This document shows positions 55,552-64,000 of a stretch of 64,000 nt of DNA, piece after piece. The translations under genes and the position numbers were made by a program. Positions within the stretch are counted from its first letter, which is position 1. Every line of letters begins with the position of its first letter. The notes under the pieces were generated by a model. The model made no database searches. It was not told the origin of the DNA and saw only the letters and a list, made by a program, of their open reading frames with translations. This stretch comes from an uncultured Lachnospiraceae bacterium (GTDB taxonomy: Bacteria; Bacillota; Clostridia; Lachnospirales; Lachnospiraceae), in assembly GCA_946411695.1 (NCBI GenBank), contig CAMKEX010000002.1, forward strand, positions 6,141 through 70,140, written 5' to 3'.

Positions 55552-56565
55552 ATGCAGGAAAAAACATTTAACCAGAATGAAGTGATTTTCTGGGAGGGAT
55601 CTTCAGGTAAATGCATGTACAAGGTCATCGAGGGTACAGTCAGTGTCTTTCTCGGCTACGGGACCAAGGACGAGACAAAGCTGACGGAACTCGGTGAAGG
55701 CAGGATCTTCGGCGAAATGGCAGTTCTGGAGGCGTGGACAAGGTCTGCTACAGTTGTGGCCGCACATGACGAGGTCAAAGTTCTGGAGATCAGCAGCGAA
55801 GAACTCAGTGATTTCTTTGCAGAAGACCCCGAACAGATTAGGCTGATCATGAAGAACCTGAGCCGCCGCCTGCGCGAACTGACCGAGGATTACACGGAAG
55901 TCTGCAATACGATCAGCGAGATGCATCGGACCAGAGGAGAGATTGACCGCAGAAAAGAAGGACTCCTCTCCAAAATCAAAAAATTCCTCAAAGACTATGA
56001 TCGTTTCTTCAACCTGAGCACTTCTCTCGAAGCAATGGAAACGTATGAAGATATCGAACAGATCCGGGAAGATCACGGTGAGATGAGGGAGAACCTTCGT
56101 TTCGACAAGGATCAGGTGATCTTCCGCCAGGGCGATGCGGGAGACTGCATGTACTATATCGGAAGCGGCACTGTGGGAATCTATACAGACTATCAAACAG
56201 ATCATGAGGTCCTGCTCACTGAACTCAATGAGAACCAGTTCTTCGGCGAAATGGGACTGATTGAAAAGCTGCCCCGTTCCGCAACTGCTGTTGTTCTGGA
56301 AGATGACACAGTTCTGACCCGTCTCACTGAGGATGGCCTGGACCGGATGTTTGAGGAAAGACCCACCTTTATCCTGCTTGCCATGCAGCACCTTTCCTCC
56401 AGACTTCGCCGTCTGACAAAAGAATACGGAAAGGCCTGCAGGACGGTCGCCAAGATGAATGACGAAGAAAACGGCAGGGGCGAACTCACAATGAACGATG
56501 AAGACGCGATCCGGTATTATGTCGCTCTTGCCCAGAGTCGGAGCAACCGCTGGATGTATTATTAA
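55552..56565 (+). CDS. Protein with two cyclic nucleotide-binding domains and no HTH
   Basis: Two repeats: 'VIFWEG..G.CMY....G.V...FGEMAVLE...RSATV' and 'VIFRQG..G.CMY....G.V...FGEMGLIE...RSATA', each followed by a C-helix. Confidence 0.9.
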   Translation: MQEKTFNQNEVIFWEGSSGKCMYKVIEGTVSVFLGYGTKDETKLTELGEGRIFGEMAVLEAWTRSATVVAAHDEVKVLEISSEELSDFFAEDPEQIRLIMKNLSRRLRELTEDYTEVCNTISEMHRTRGEIDRRKEGLLSKIKKFLKDYDRFFNLSTSLEAMETYEDIEQIREDHGEMRENLRFDKDQVIFRQGDAGDCMYYIGSGTVGIYTDYQTDHEVLLTELNENQFFGEMGLIEKLPRSATAVVLEDDTVLTRLTEDGLDRMFEERPTFILLAMQHLSSRLRRLTKEYGKACRTVAKMNDEENGRGELTMNDEDAIRYYVALAQSRSNRWMYY

Positions 56566-56653
56566 TACTCCGGAATTGTGTCTTTTGTCCGGTTCTTTGC
56601 CGGATGTTTGAAGCAGTTTTCCAATCGCAGATGTTTTTTAGAGAGGAGAGACA

Positions 56654-57793
56654 ATGGCAAAGAACCTTCTGGATACACCCAAGCTCGGATTCGGCCTGAT
56701 GCGCCTGCCCGCGGTCGAGGGAAATCCCGATGTGATCGATCGCGAACAGGTCTGCAGAATGGTGGACATGTTCATGGAGGCGGGACTGACCTATTTTGAT
56801 ACCGCTTTTGTTTACGGAAAGGACGGCGCATCCGAGAAGGCCGCAAAGGCATGTCTTGTCGACCGCTATCCCAGGGAGAGCTTCACACTGGCCACCAAGA
56901 TCAACGCCTGGCTGATGGCGGAGGACGAGAAAGCCGCCAAGGCTCAGTTTTATACCAGCCTTGAGCGAACGGGAGCGGGATATTTTGATTTCTACCTGCT
57001 GCACGCGCTGCAGTCCAATACCTATAAAAAATATGACGAGTATCATCTCTGGGACTACGTGGCGGACCTCAAAAAACAGGGCCTGATCAAAAACATGGGC
57101 TTTTCCTTCCACGCCTCTCCCCAACTTCTGGAGCAGGTGCTGACTGAGCATCCGGAGGTGGATTTCGTCCAGCTGCAGCTCAACTACGCCGACTGGGAGA
57201 ACCCTTCCGTGACCTCCCGCGCAAACTATGAGGTCGCCCGCAGGCACAATAAGCCCATTGTTGTCATGGAACCGGTCAAGGGAGGAACCCTTGCCAATCC
57301 CCCGGCTCCTGTCCGCGAGATCCTGCAGGCGGCCGATCCGGATGCTTCCATGGCATCCTGGGCCATCCGCTATATCGCCTCCCTTCCCGGGATCCTGACC
57401 ATCCTTTCCGGCATGTCCAATGTGGAGCAGATGGCGGATAACCTCTCCTACATGCGCAAAGAGGCCTTTCGTCCTTTCAGCGAGGCGGAGCAGGAGACCA
57501 TGCGCAGGGCGAAGGAGGCGCTCGCAGCGATTCCCTCCATCCCCTGCACGGGCTGCAGCTACTGCGCGCCCGGCTGCCCCATGAATATTCCGATTCCCGA
57601 TATCTTTGATGCCAGAAACCGCCAGATGGTCTATGGCAAAACAGAAGAGGGACAGAGAGTCTATGACCGCGACACACAGGGCAGGGGAAAAGCCTCCGAC
57701 TGCATTGCCTGCGGCCAGTGCGAGGGCGCATGTCCTCAGCGCATCAATATCATCGAGCGCCTGCAGGATTGCGCGGCAGTTTTCGACAATTGA
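56654..57793 (+). CDS. Aldo/keto reductase with C-terminal 4Fe-4S ferredoxin domain
   Basis: 'LGFGLMRLP', 'YFDTA', 'VMEPVKGG', 'CTGCSYCAPGCP', 'CIACGQCEGACP'. Confidence 0.93.
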   Translation: MAKNLLDTPKLGFGLMRLPAVEGNPDVIDREQVCRMVDMFMEAGLTYFDTAFVYGKDGASEKAAKACLVDRYPRESFTLATKINAWLMAEDEKAAKAQFYTSLERTGAGYFDFYLLHALQSNTYKKYDEYHLWDYVADLKKQGLIKNMGFSFHASPQLLEQVLTEHPEVDFVQLQLNYADWENPSVTSRANYEVARRHNKPIVVMEPVKGGTLANPPAPVREILQAADPDASMASWAIRYIASLPGILTILSGMSNVEQMADNLSYMRKEAFRPFSEAEQETMRRAKEALAAIPSIPCTGCSYCAPGCPMNIPIPDIFDARNRQMVYGKTEEGQRVYDRDTQGRGKASDCIACGQCEGACPQRINIIERLQDCAAVFDN

Positions 57794-57908
57794 CAAAGGT
57801 GCTCTGCTGTGGAAAAATAGGTGTGGACACAGTTTTTAATAACGTTTTTTTAATACCTTCTTAAGTAAAAGTACGGCAAACGAATGAACTCTGGATCGGA
57901 GATGGATC

Positions 57909-58601
57909 ATGGTAGAGACAGATCGGGATCAGGATGTGAACAGGGGCACAGAAGCTGCGAAGACCGGTGTCATTGACGGTACACAGCCTGCAGAAGACGC
58001 AGCTGTTGAGAATAAAAAGGCTGCCGGACCCGCGGCGGCTGACGGCAGAAAGACTGCCGGGCCTGCAGCCGGACAAGGCGGAAAAGCTGCCGGACCTGCA
58101 GGCGGACAGAGCAGGAAGAAGGGCCGGCGCAAAAGCGGCGGGGCAGCGGAGACTGCTGGACAGGCAGGCCGTAAAGGCAGCCGGACAGAAAAACACAGAA
58201 AAGCAGCCGGGAAAAGCAGCCGGAAACATAAGACGACAGCCCAGACGATCACAAAGAGTTTCGGACATGCATTTGACGGAATATTTGCCGGCTTGGAAGA
58301 ACGCAATATGAAGATCCATTGCACCATGGCAGTGCTGGTCGTGTTTTTCGGACTGATCCTGCACATCTCTGTGACCGAGTGGTGCATCTGCCTGGTTCTT
58401 TTCGGACTGATCATGGGCCTGGAACTTGTCAACACAGCGCTTGAGGCTGTGGTTGACCTGGTGACAAAGGAATATCAGCCTCTGGCAAAACGGGCCAAGG
58501 ACACGGCTGCCGGGGCGGTCCTGATCGCTGCCATCATGGCGGCGGCAGCAGGCCTGATCATCTTTATTCCCCGCCTTTTGTATGTGCTCAGAAGCTTCTG
58601 A
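57909..58601 (+). CDS. dgkA: Diacylglycerol/undecaprenol kinase (DgkA family) with low-complexity N-terminal extension
   Basis: 'SFGHAFDGI...ERNMKIH', 'LELVNTALEAVVDL', 'AKRAKDTAAGAVL'; three 33-bp repeats at 58017-58115. Confidence 0.85.
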   Translation: MVETDRDQDVNRGTEAAKTGVIDGTQPAEDAAVENKKAAGPAAADGRKTAGPAAGQGGKAAGPAGGQSRKKGRRKSGGAAETAGQAGRKGSRTEKHRKAAGKSSRKHKTTAQTITKSFGHAFDGIFAGLEERNMKIHCTMAVLVVFFGLILHISVTEWCICLVLFGLIMGLELVNTALEAVVDLVTKEYQPLAKRAKDTAAGAVLIAAIMAAAAGLIIFIPRLLYVLRSF

Positions 58602-58914
58602 GAACAGGCGCGGTCTTTCCCTGTGAAAGCTGCCGCCGCTATATGAGGATAAGAGGAAGCGACGGCGGGTCCTGGATCAGAGAGTGTTGTTTAGAAATAA
58701 TTTCGGAAATCTTTTTACAAAGATTTCTTTTCCGCAACAGATTTGCAACATTTGATCATTATGATACATGACAGGCGCGGCGGAAAGACCGGAACGCGGC
58801 GCCGGAAGATCGGTTATTTTCAAAACGGTAACTGCGGCAGGACCGTGCAGGAGCGTCACGGTATTGCTGAAAAAAACACTGTCAGGATCGCTCCGGAAAG
58901 AGAGGATGTATAAA

Positions 58915-59328
58915 ATGGCAATGGAGAAAATCGGTGACGGCCTCAAGAAAATCCTTCTTGTCGGCATTGGGGCTGCCGCAACAACAGTGGAGAAATCCTC
59001 CCAGATCATTGATGAGCTCGTCAAAAAGGGTGAGATCACTGTTGAGCAGGGTAAGGAACTCAACAAAGAGCTGCAGCACAATGTAAAGAAGACCATGGAA
59101 GCCCGCAAGGCGGACGCGGTTTCTTTCGAAGAAAAGCTTGCTAAGATGAGCGCGGACGAGTTGGCTCTGCTCAAGTCCAAGATCGCTGAAGCCGAGAAGG
59201 CAATCGATGATGTCACCGGTGTGACGGAAGGCGATGAGATCGCTGCAGCATCTGCAGAACTCGACGCAATGGATGATGCCCTCAAGGATGAAGGCTATGC
59301 TCCCGCAGAAGAAGCTCCCGAGGAATAA
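58915..59328 (+). CDS. Phasin-like (PHA granule-associated PhaF/PhaI-type) protein
   Basis: 'LKKILLVGIGAAATTVEK...IDELVKKGEITVEQGK'. Confidence 0.75.
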   Translation: MAMEKIGDGLKKILLVGIGAAATTVEKSSQIIDELVKKGEITVEQGKELNKELQHNVKKTMEARKADAVSFEEKLAKMSADELALLKSKIAEAEKAIDDVTGVTEGDEIAAASAELDAMDDALKDEGYAPAEEAPEE

Positions 59329-59476
59329 TTTACAGACCGACAACTTGTAAATGAGATATGAACTGCCCGCTGCGGGCATGGCCTTCAGGGCCGGGTTCCG
59401 CTGCGGGCATTTTCATATGGAATATAAGTATCTGCTGCCTGAGCGGCAGCCTTCACACGACAGACTGGGGAAGACT

Positions 59477-61066
59477 ATGGAAGAGAAAGCAAAGATGGAC
59501 AATCGGTCCAGGATGAGGGAAATCCGGGAAGTACTTTTCCGCAACCACATTACACGCGGTGTGACTCCGGAAAAACTCAGGGTCATACTTGAGGAGCTCG
59601 GACCGACCTATATAAAACTCGGCCAGATCATGTCCCTGCACTCGGATATTCTCCCCAAAGCCTACTGCGATGAACTCATCAAGTTAAACTATGATGTCAA
59701 GCCCATGCCTTTTTCGGAAGTGGAGGAAGTCATCAACCGCTCTTACCGGGAAGACTGGCACAAGTACTTTGCATCGATCGAGAAGGACTCTCTGGGATCC
59801 GCGTCGATCGCACAGGTGCATCGGGCAAAACTCCTGACCGGAGAGGATGTCGTCATCAAAGTGCAGCGCAAGGGCATCTATGATACGATGGCGCGTGATA
59901 TCGGCCTTTTGCACAGACTGGTACGCCTGATGCCCTCTGTCGGAGGATTCAAAAATGTCGTCGATCTGGGTATGATCCTGGATGAAATGTGGGCCGTCGC
60001 ACAGGAGGAGATGGATTTCCTCAAGGAGGCGGCGAATATTGAGGAATTCACCCGCAATAACAGCGGGATCGCCTATGTCCGTGTTCCTCATCTCTACCGC
60101 GAGTACACCACGAGCCGTGTTCTGGTGATGGAATATGTCGGCGGATGCGCGATCGATGACCGGGACCATCTCCTCAGCCGCGGATATGACCTCAACGAGG
60201 TGGGACGCAAGTTTGTCAATAACTATATCAAGCAGGTTATGGAGGACGGCTTTTTCCACGCGGATCCCCACCCCGGCAATGTCAAGGTGCACGACGGAAA
60301 GATCGTCTGGATCGACATGGGCATGATGGGACGGCTGTCCAGCCGTGACAAGAAACTGATGGAACGTGCGATCCGCTCGATCGCCGTCAGTGATATTGCA
60401 AGTCTTGAGAGCACGATCCTGGAGCTCTGTGAGACAAGAGGCAAGGTGGACGAGGGCCGTCTCTACAAGGAACTTCGCACTCTGATCGAGCGTTACGGCA
60501 AGATGTCTCTGGGAAGTATTGATATCATCGACTTCTTTATGCAGGTGCTTGAGATCATGAAGGAGAACGGGCTCAGGCTCCCGCACGGCATGACCATGCT
60601 TGCCCGCGGACTCAACCATATGCAGGGCGTCCTCACCGAGATCAGCCCCGACATCAACATGATTGAGATCGCTGCTGCCCGTATCCGCGAGACCACCTTC
60701 GAGCAGTTTGACCTCAAACATGAGGCGAAGCGCACCGGAAGGAAGCTCTATACCGCCGCCTACAAGACGGTCGAGATCCCGCCCCTGGTCAAGAGCGCCC
60801 TGGAGGAATACCTGAAGGGGCAGGCGACGGTGAATATGAGGCTCAATACAACCAAAGAGATGAGCGATCTGCTGCGCAGACTGATCCGGAACATTGTCAT
60901 GGGACTGTGGGTCATGGCACTCCTCATTGGTTCCAGCATCATCTGTACGACGGACATGCGGCCCAAAATGCTGGGAATCCCTGCGCTCGGCTTTTTCGGG
61001 TTTATGCTGGCATTTGCAATCTGTCTGTACATCTTCATCCGACATTGGTTTACGAGAAATCAATAG
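59477..61066 (+). CDS. ABC1/AarF/UbiB family kinase-like protein
   Basis: 'LGPTYIKLGQ', 'LGSASIAQVHRA', 'VVIKVQR', 'FFHADPHPGN', 'IDMGM', C-terminal TM helices. Confidence 0.92.
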   Translation: MEEKAKMDNRSRMREIREVLFRNHITRGVTPEKLRVILEELGPTYIKLGQIMSLHSDILPKAYCDELIKLNYDVKPMPFSEVEEVINRSYREDWHKYFASIEKDSLGSASIAQVHRAKLLTGEDVVIKVQRKGIYDTMARDIGLLHRLVRLMPSVGGFKNVVDLGMILDEMWAVAQEEMDFLKEAANIEEFTRNNSGIAYVRVPHLYREYTTSRVLVMEYVGGCAIDDRDHLLSRGYDLNEVGRKFVNNYIKQVMEDGFFHADPHPGNVKVHDGKIVWIDMGMMGRLSSRDKKLMERAIRSIAVSDIASLESTILELCETRGKVDEGRLYKELRTLIERYGKMSLGSIDIIDFFMQVLEIMKENGLRLPHGMTMLARGLNHMQGVLTEISPDINMIEIAAARIRETTFEQFDLKHEAKRTGRKLYTAAYKTVEIPPLVKSALEEYLKGQATVNMRLNTTKEMSDLLRRLIRNIVMGLWVMALLIGSSIICTTDMRPKMLGIPALGFFGFMLAFAICLYIFIRHWFTRNQ

Positions 61067-61109
61067 GGCGGTCCTTCGCACAGCCTCTGCCTGCCGCTGC
61101 GTTTTCGGC

Positions 61110-61169
61110 AAAAAAGATACTCTGAAAAAAGATAATCTGAAAAAAGATATTCTGAAAAAAGACACCCTT
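61110..61169. repeat. 15-bp tandem repeat (about 4 copies) merging into a terminator-like hairpin
   Basis: AAAAAAGATANTCTG x3 plus AAAAAAGACAC, which pairs with GTGTCTTTTTT at 61191-61201. Confidence 0.85.
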
Positions 61170-61293
61170 TGGAAATGTGGTTTCCATAGAGTGTCTTTTT
61201 ATCTGCTCTCATAAAGCTTTATCTGTTTTTCTGCCGCGTTCGGATTTTCAGTCTGTACGCGGCCTTTCAAAAGCCTTTCCGGAGTCTCTCATT

Positions 61294-62541
61294 TTATTCG
61301 GAATCATTGTCCGAATCAGCGGAAACACCGGTTCCGTTTCCGGTAGATGTTCCTGCGGGAGTTCCTGTTGAAGGCGTGGGCTGTGCGGGAGTACCTTCCT
61401 GCCCGTCGTTTCCGGCTTCGTCGTCCTGTGCTCCGCCGGCGTCATCGGTCTCGCCTGACTCAGCATCACCGGAGTCAGAGCCGGGCTCCGGGTCTGTGCT
61501 GTCCTCAGCTGCTTCTTGGGAAGTGGAGGCAGTGTCTGCGCTGTCTGCATTTTCTCCGGACAGTGAGGGGTGCATGGACAGTTCTTCCTCAGGCATCTGC
61601 GCAAACCATTTGTCGAGACCGTCCGCGATGGCTGTGACCATGATCTTCTGATAGGAATCCTGGTTCATCCGCAGGTCTTCGTCGATGTTGGTCATATATC
61701 CGAGCTCGATCAGTGTTGTGGGTACCTCCGACCAGTTGTTGCCGGTCATGGTGTCGGTCTCCCAGACATATTCCTTTTTGGCGCCTGTCTGGTCACAGTA
61801 TGTATTGAGAATGACATCGGACAGACGGGCAGAGGCGCTGTACAGCTCCGGATGATAGGGGTTGTCCTTTGTGATGCAGATCGTCATGGCACCGTTTGCC
61901 TCGGTGTTTTCGGAGCCGTTGGCATGGATGCGGATAAAGGCGTCTGCCTTATTCTCATTTGCGACAGCGGCGCGCTCGACGCAGCTGATGGGATTAAAGG
62001 TGTCGCTGTGTGTCAGCTTTACCTCATATCCGCGCTCTTCGAGTTCGGTGCGCAGCTTCTGGCTGACATCCATTGTCAGATCATACTCGTGCAGGCCGCT
62101 GGCAGGACCGAAAGTGCCGACGGTATCTGCCTCCTTCATCTCGGTGGAACCCGGGCCGACCGGTTCCTGGGTTTCGGGGACCTGTGATGCATGTCCGGGG
62201 TCAAGGACGATGACCAGTCCCTTATCCTTTGCGGAGAATACAGGGGACTGCCCGCTGCCGGTCCAGTCCGGATCGGCATATTCGCTGCCTGTAGTAGCGG
62301 AGGCGGCGGACTGGGCTGTTGCCGCTGCAGCCGGGGCCTGTGTACCGGCGGCGTCCTGCCCTGTCTTTTCCGCGGCAGGATTCTGTGTCGCAGCACTTTC
62401 GGAGCCGGCTTCGGCAACCTGTGTCTGCGCAGAATTGTTTGCGCCGCAGCCTGTCAGCAGCAGACCTGCGCACAGGGAGGCGATGATGAGAGAACGGCAG
62501 ATGAACCGACTCCTGTTTACAGTTTTGCTTTTTTCCGTCAT
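61294..62541 (-). CDS. N-acetylmuramoyl-L-alanine amidase (Amidase_3) lipoprotein
   Basis: Lipobox LTGC; 'IVLDPGH', 'HEYDL', 'IRIHAN', 'LIELGYM'; low-complexity flanks. Confidence 0.9.
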   Translation of the reverse strand: MTEKSKTVNRSRFICRSLIIASLCAGLLLTGCGANNSAQTQVAEAGSESAATQNPAAEKTGQDAAGTQAPAAAATAQSAASATTGSEYADPDWTGSGQSPVFSAKDKGLVIVLDPGHASQVPETQEPVGPGSTEMKEADTVGTFGPASGLHEYDLTMDVSQKLRTELEERGYEVKLTHSDTFNPISCVERAAVANENKADAFIRIHANGSENTEANGAMTICITKDNPYHPELYSASARLSDVILNTYCDQTGAKKEYVWETDTMTGNNWSEVPTTLIELGYMTNIDEDLRMNQDSYQKIMVTAIADGLDKWFAQMPEEELSMHPSLSGENADSADTASTSQEAAEDSTDPEPGSDSGDAESGETDDAGGAQDDEAGNDGQEGTPAQPTPSTGTPAGTSTGNGTGVSADSDNDSE

Positions 62542-62584
62542 GTTTTTTTCCTCATTTTTGGCGGGGGTTAAGATTGCGCCGCAT

Positions 62585-64000
62585 TTATTCGCGTCCGGTC
62601 AGCATTTCCCATGTGTACCATGTGCCCTCCGCTGTGGGAGCGAGCGGGGTTACGTAGTCACGGCTGTCTTCGCTTTCGTCTGCTGTGGATCGGATATGGA
62701 CAGATGGCTGCAGCAGTGCCACCCATCCGTTATCGCTGACATAGGTGAATTCGTCTCCCGGTGTGAAAGAACGCATCTCCTCTGTCGTCCGATTGAACAT
62801 GTAATGCCGGATCCTGCTCATATAATCCTCGTCGGAGAGGGCTTCCAGGACAAGGTCATAGCCGTCTTCCGAAGGGGAGAGCAGAAAATCCAGATCATCC
62901 CAGGTGGCGTCGACTTCATACCATTCGCCATCCAGTTCCACAAGGTTCCAGGCGTGTTTCTCGGTGTCGGCCTCCGTAGGTCCTGCATAACCGGAGACCA
63001 CGATACAGCTCAGGCCTGCCCGCTGCATCAGATATTCGTAGGCCATGGCATAACCGTCGCAGAGCGCAGCGCCCGCATTTCCGCTGCTGTCTTCGACCAG
63101 TGCGCCGTAGGCAGTATGCGCGTAATCGTACACGGAGGCGTTCAGAGCCGCATCCGAGTTGTACCAGGCGGTGTCGATCAGAAGATCGTGGAGCTGCAGT
63201 GCAATGCCGGCGTCGGACTGTGTAAAATCCACCTCTTCGAGCAGGGCATCGGCGGCTTTTTCCAAAAGCGCCTGCTGCTGCAGATAGATACTGGTACCGT
63301 CTTCATTGAAGGTCTCCTGACCGGTGGCGTCGGAGAGAGAGAGAATCACTCTGTACTGTCCGCCCAGAGAGGGCAGGAGATAATATCTGCACTCATATTG
63401 AGCCTTCTCCTGCGCGATCCAGAACAGTTCCGGGTGGTCTCTTATCAGAGCATTATACGCCCGGGTATAGCTTTCTGCAAATGCATCTGAAGATGGATTG
63501 GTCTCCAGAAGGCGGGTTTCGGAGCCCTTGTCGCCGCTGCTGTAATTCATGGCCAGCAGGAGCATGGCGTCATACAGAAGCCGCTCTTCATCAGAGATTT
63601 TTGTGTAGTAATAATACAGTTCCTTGAATTCGGTCTCTTTCTCTTCTTTTCCCGGCGTGCTCTTGTCTGCGGCATTCTCCGTGCCCGCTTTTGCGGCCGT
63701 CTGTGTACTTTGGTCCGGGGACCGGCTGCTGTCTGACGGAGCAGAGGCCTGCTCTTTCTCTGCTTTCGCAGGATCCTCTCCGGAGGAAGCCTGCGTGTCC
63801 GGCTTCTTTGGGCTGCTGCCCGGTGCCGCAGAGGAACTGTCATGGGAATCAGGACCGGTCCGGCCCCCCATCAGGGTATCGATGGACTCAGCCAGCCGGA
63901 GTGTGGCCCGGGACATATACTCCGGTATTTTCTGTGTATAAGGGGTGATTGCAGGCAGATTACTGCCGGATATTGCCAACAATGCAAAAAAAAGGCAGAA
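62585..64000 (-). CDS. Transglutaminase-like domain protein (5' truncated by window edge)
   Basis: 'ALCDGYA', 'HAWNLV', 'YEVDATWDD' C-H-D triad; frame stays open to the window end (FCLFFALLAI...). Confidence 0.85.
   Translation of the reverse strand, partial: FCLFFALLAISGSNLPAITPYTQKIPEYMSRATLRLAESIDTLMGGRTGPDSHDSSSAAPGSSPKKPDTQASSGEDPAKAEKEQASAPSDSSRSPDQSTQTAAKAGTENAADKSTPGKEEKETEFKELYYYYTKISDEERLLYDAMLLLAMNYSSGDKGSETRLLETNPSSDAFAESYTRAYNALIRDHPELFWIAQEKAQYECRYYLLPSLGGQYRVILSLSDATGQETFNEDGTSIYLQQQALLEKAADALLEEVDFTQSDAGIALQLHDLLIDTAWYNSDAALNASVYDYAHTAYGALVEDSSGNAGAALCDGYAMAYEYLMQRAGLSCIVVSGYAGPTEADTEKHAWNLVELDGEWYEVDATWDDLDFLLSPSEDGYDLVLEALSDEDYMSRIRHYMFNRTTEEMRSFTPGDEFTYVSDNGWVALLQPSVHIRSTADESEDSRDYVTPLAPTAEGTWYTWEMLTGRE

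Noticed and set aside
53181-56565. Pycsar or CBASS anti-phage system
   Set aside because: The cyclase has a PAS sensor and Cya2-like purine-specifying residues, and the cNMP-binding protein has no TM or TIR effector domain. Not fully excluded without an assay.
1-64000. Prophage, integrase, IS transposase, rRNA or tRNA genes
   Set aside because: No corresponding protein motifs or RNA signatures were seen on either strand.

Overview
Chromosomal region of a Firmicute. Gene content and protein style suggest Lachnospiraceae/Clostridia (inference). I found no rRNA, tRNA, CRISPR array, integrase or transposase. Content in order: BMP-family binding protein (partial) and a pyrrolysine-free MtmB-family methyltransferase; a Phd/RelE toxin-antitoxin pair; a tandemly duplicated AraC + Gfo/Idh/MocA module heading an inositol-type catabolic cluster (two TIM-barrel isomerases including iolH, a sugar ABC transporter, LacI, PfkB, iolC); a fused radical SAM protein; AraC/MATE, PucR, GT4, GH13, NiaR and other housekeeping or transport genes; an XRE-Uma2 fusion; a Nik/Opp ABC operon with a divergent SAM methyltransferase and a His-rich CsoR/RcnR-family sensor; a PAS-class III cyclase / TIM-barrel metallohydrolase / tandem cNMP-binding protein trio; AKR, DgkA, phasin-like and UbiB genes; an amidase and a transglutaminase-like protein (partial). 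The strongest candidate for an undescribed system is 53181-56565. The cyclase carries guanylyl-cyclase-type specificity residues (E-F-L-G-D and K-Y-G-V-M-G, resembling Synechocystis Cya2), which points to possible cGMP signalling in a Firmicute. Also notable: the Pyl-free MtmB, REP-like nested palindromes with a compensatory base change, a duplicated ORF that is nearly identical inside otherwise diverged flanks, and a shared TGCACGCA operator motif. All family calls come from motif recognition, not database searches.
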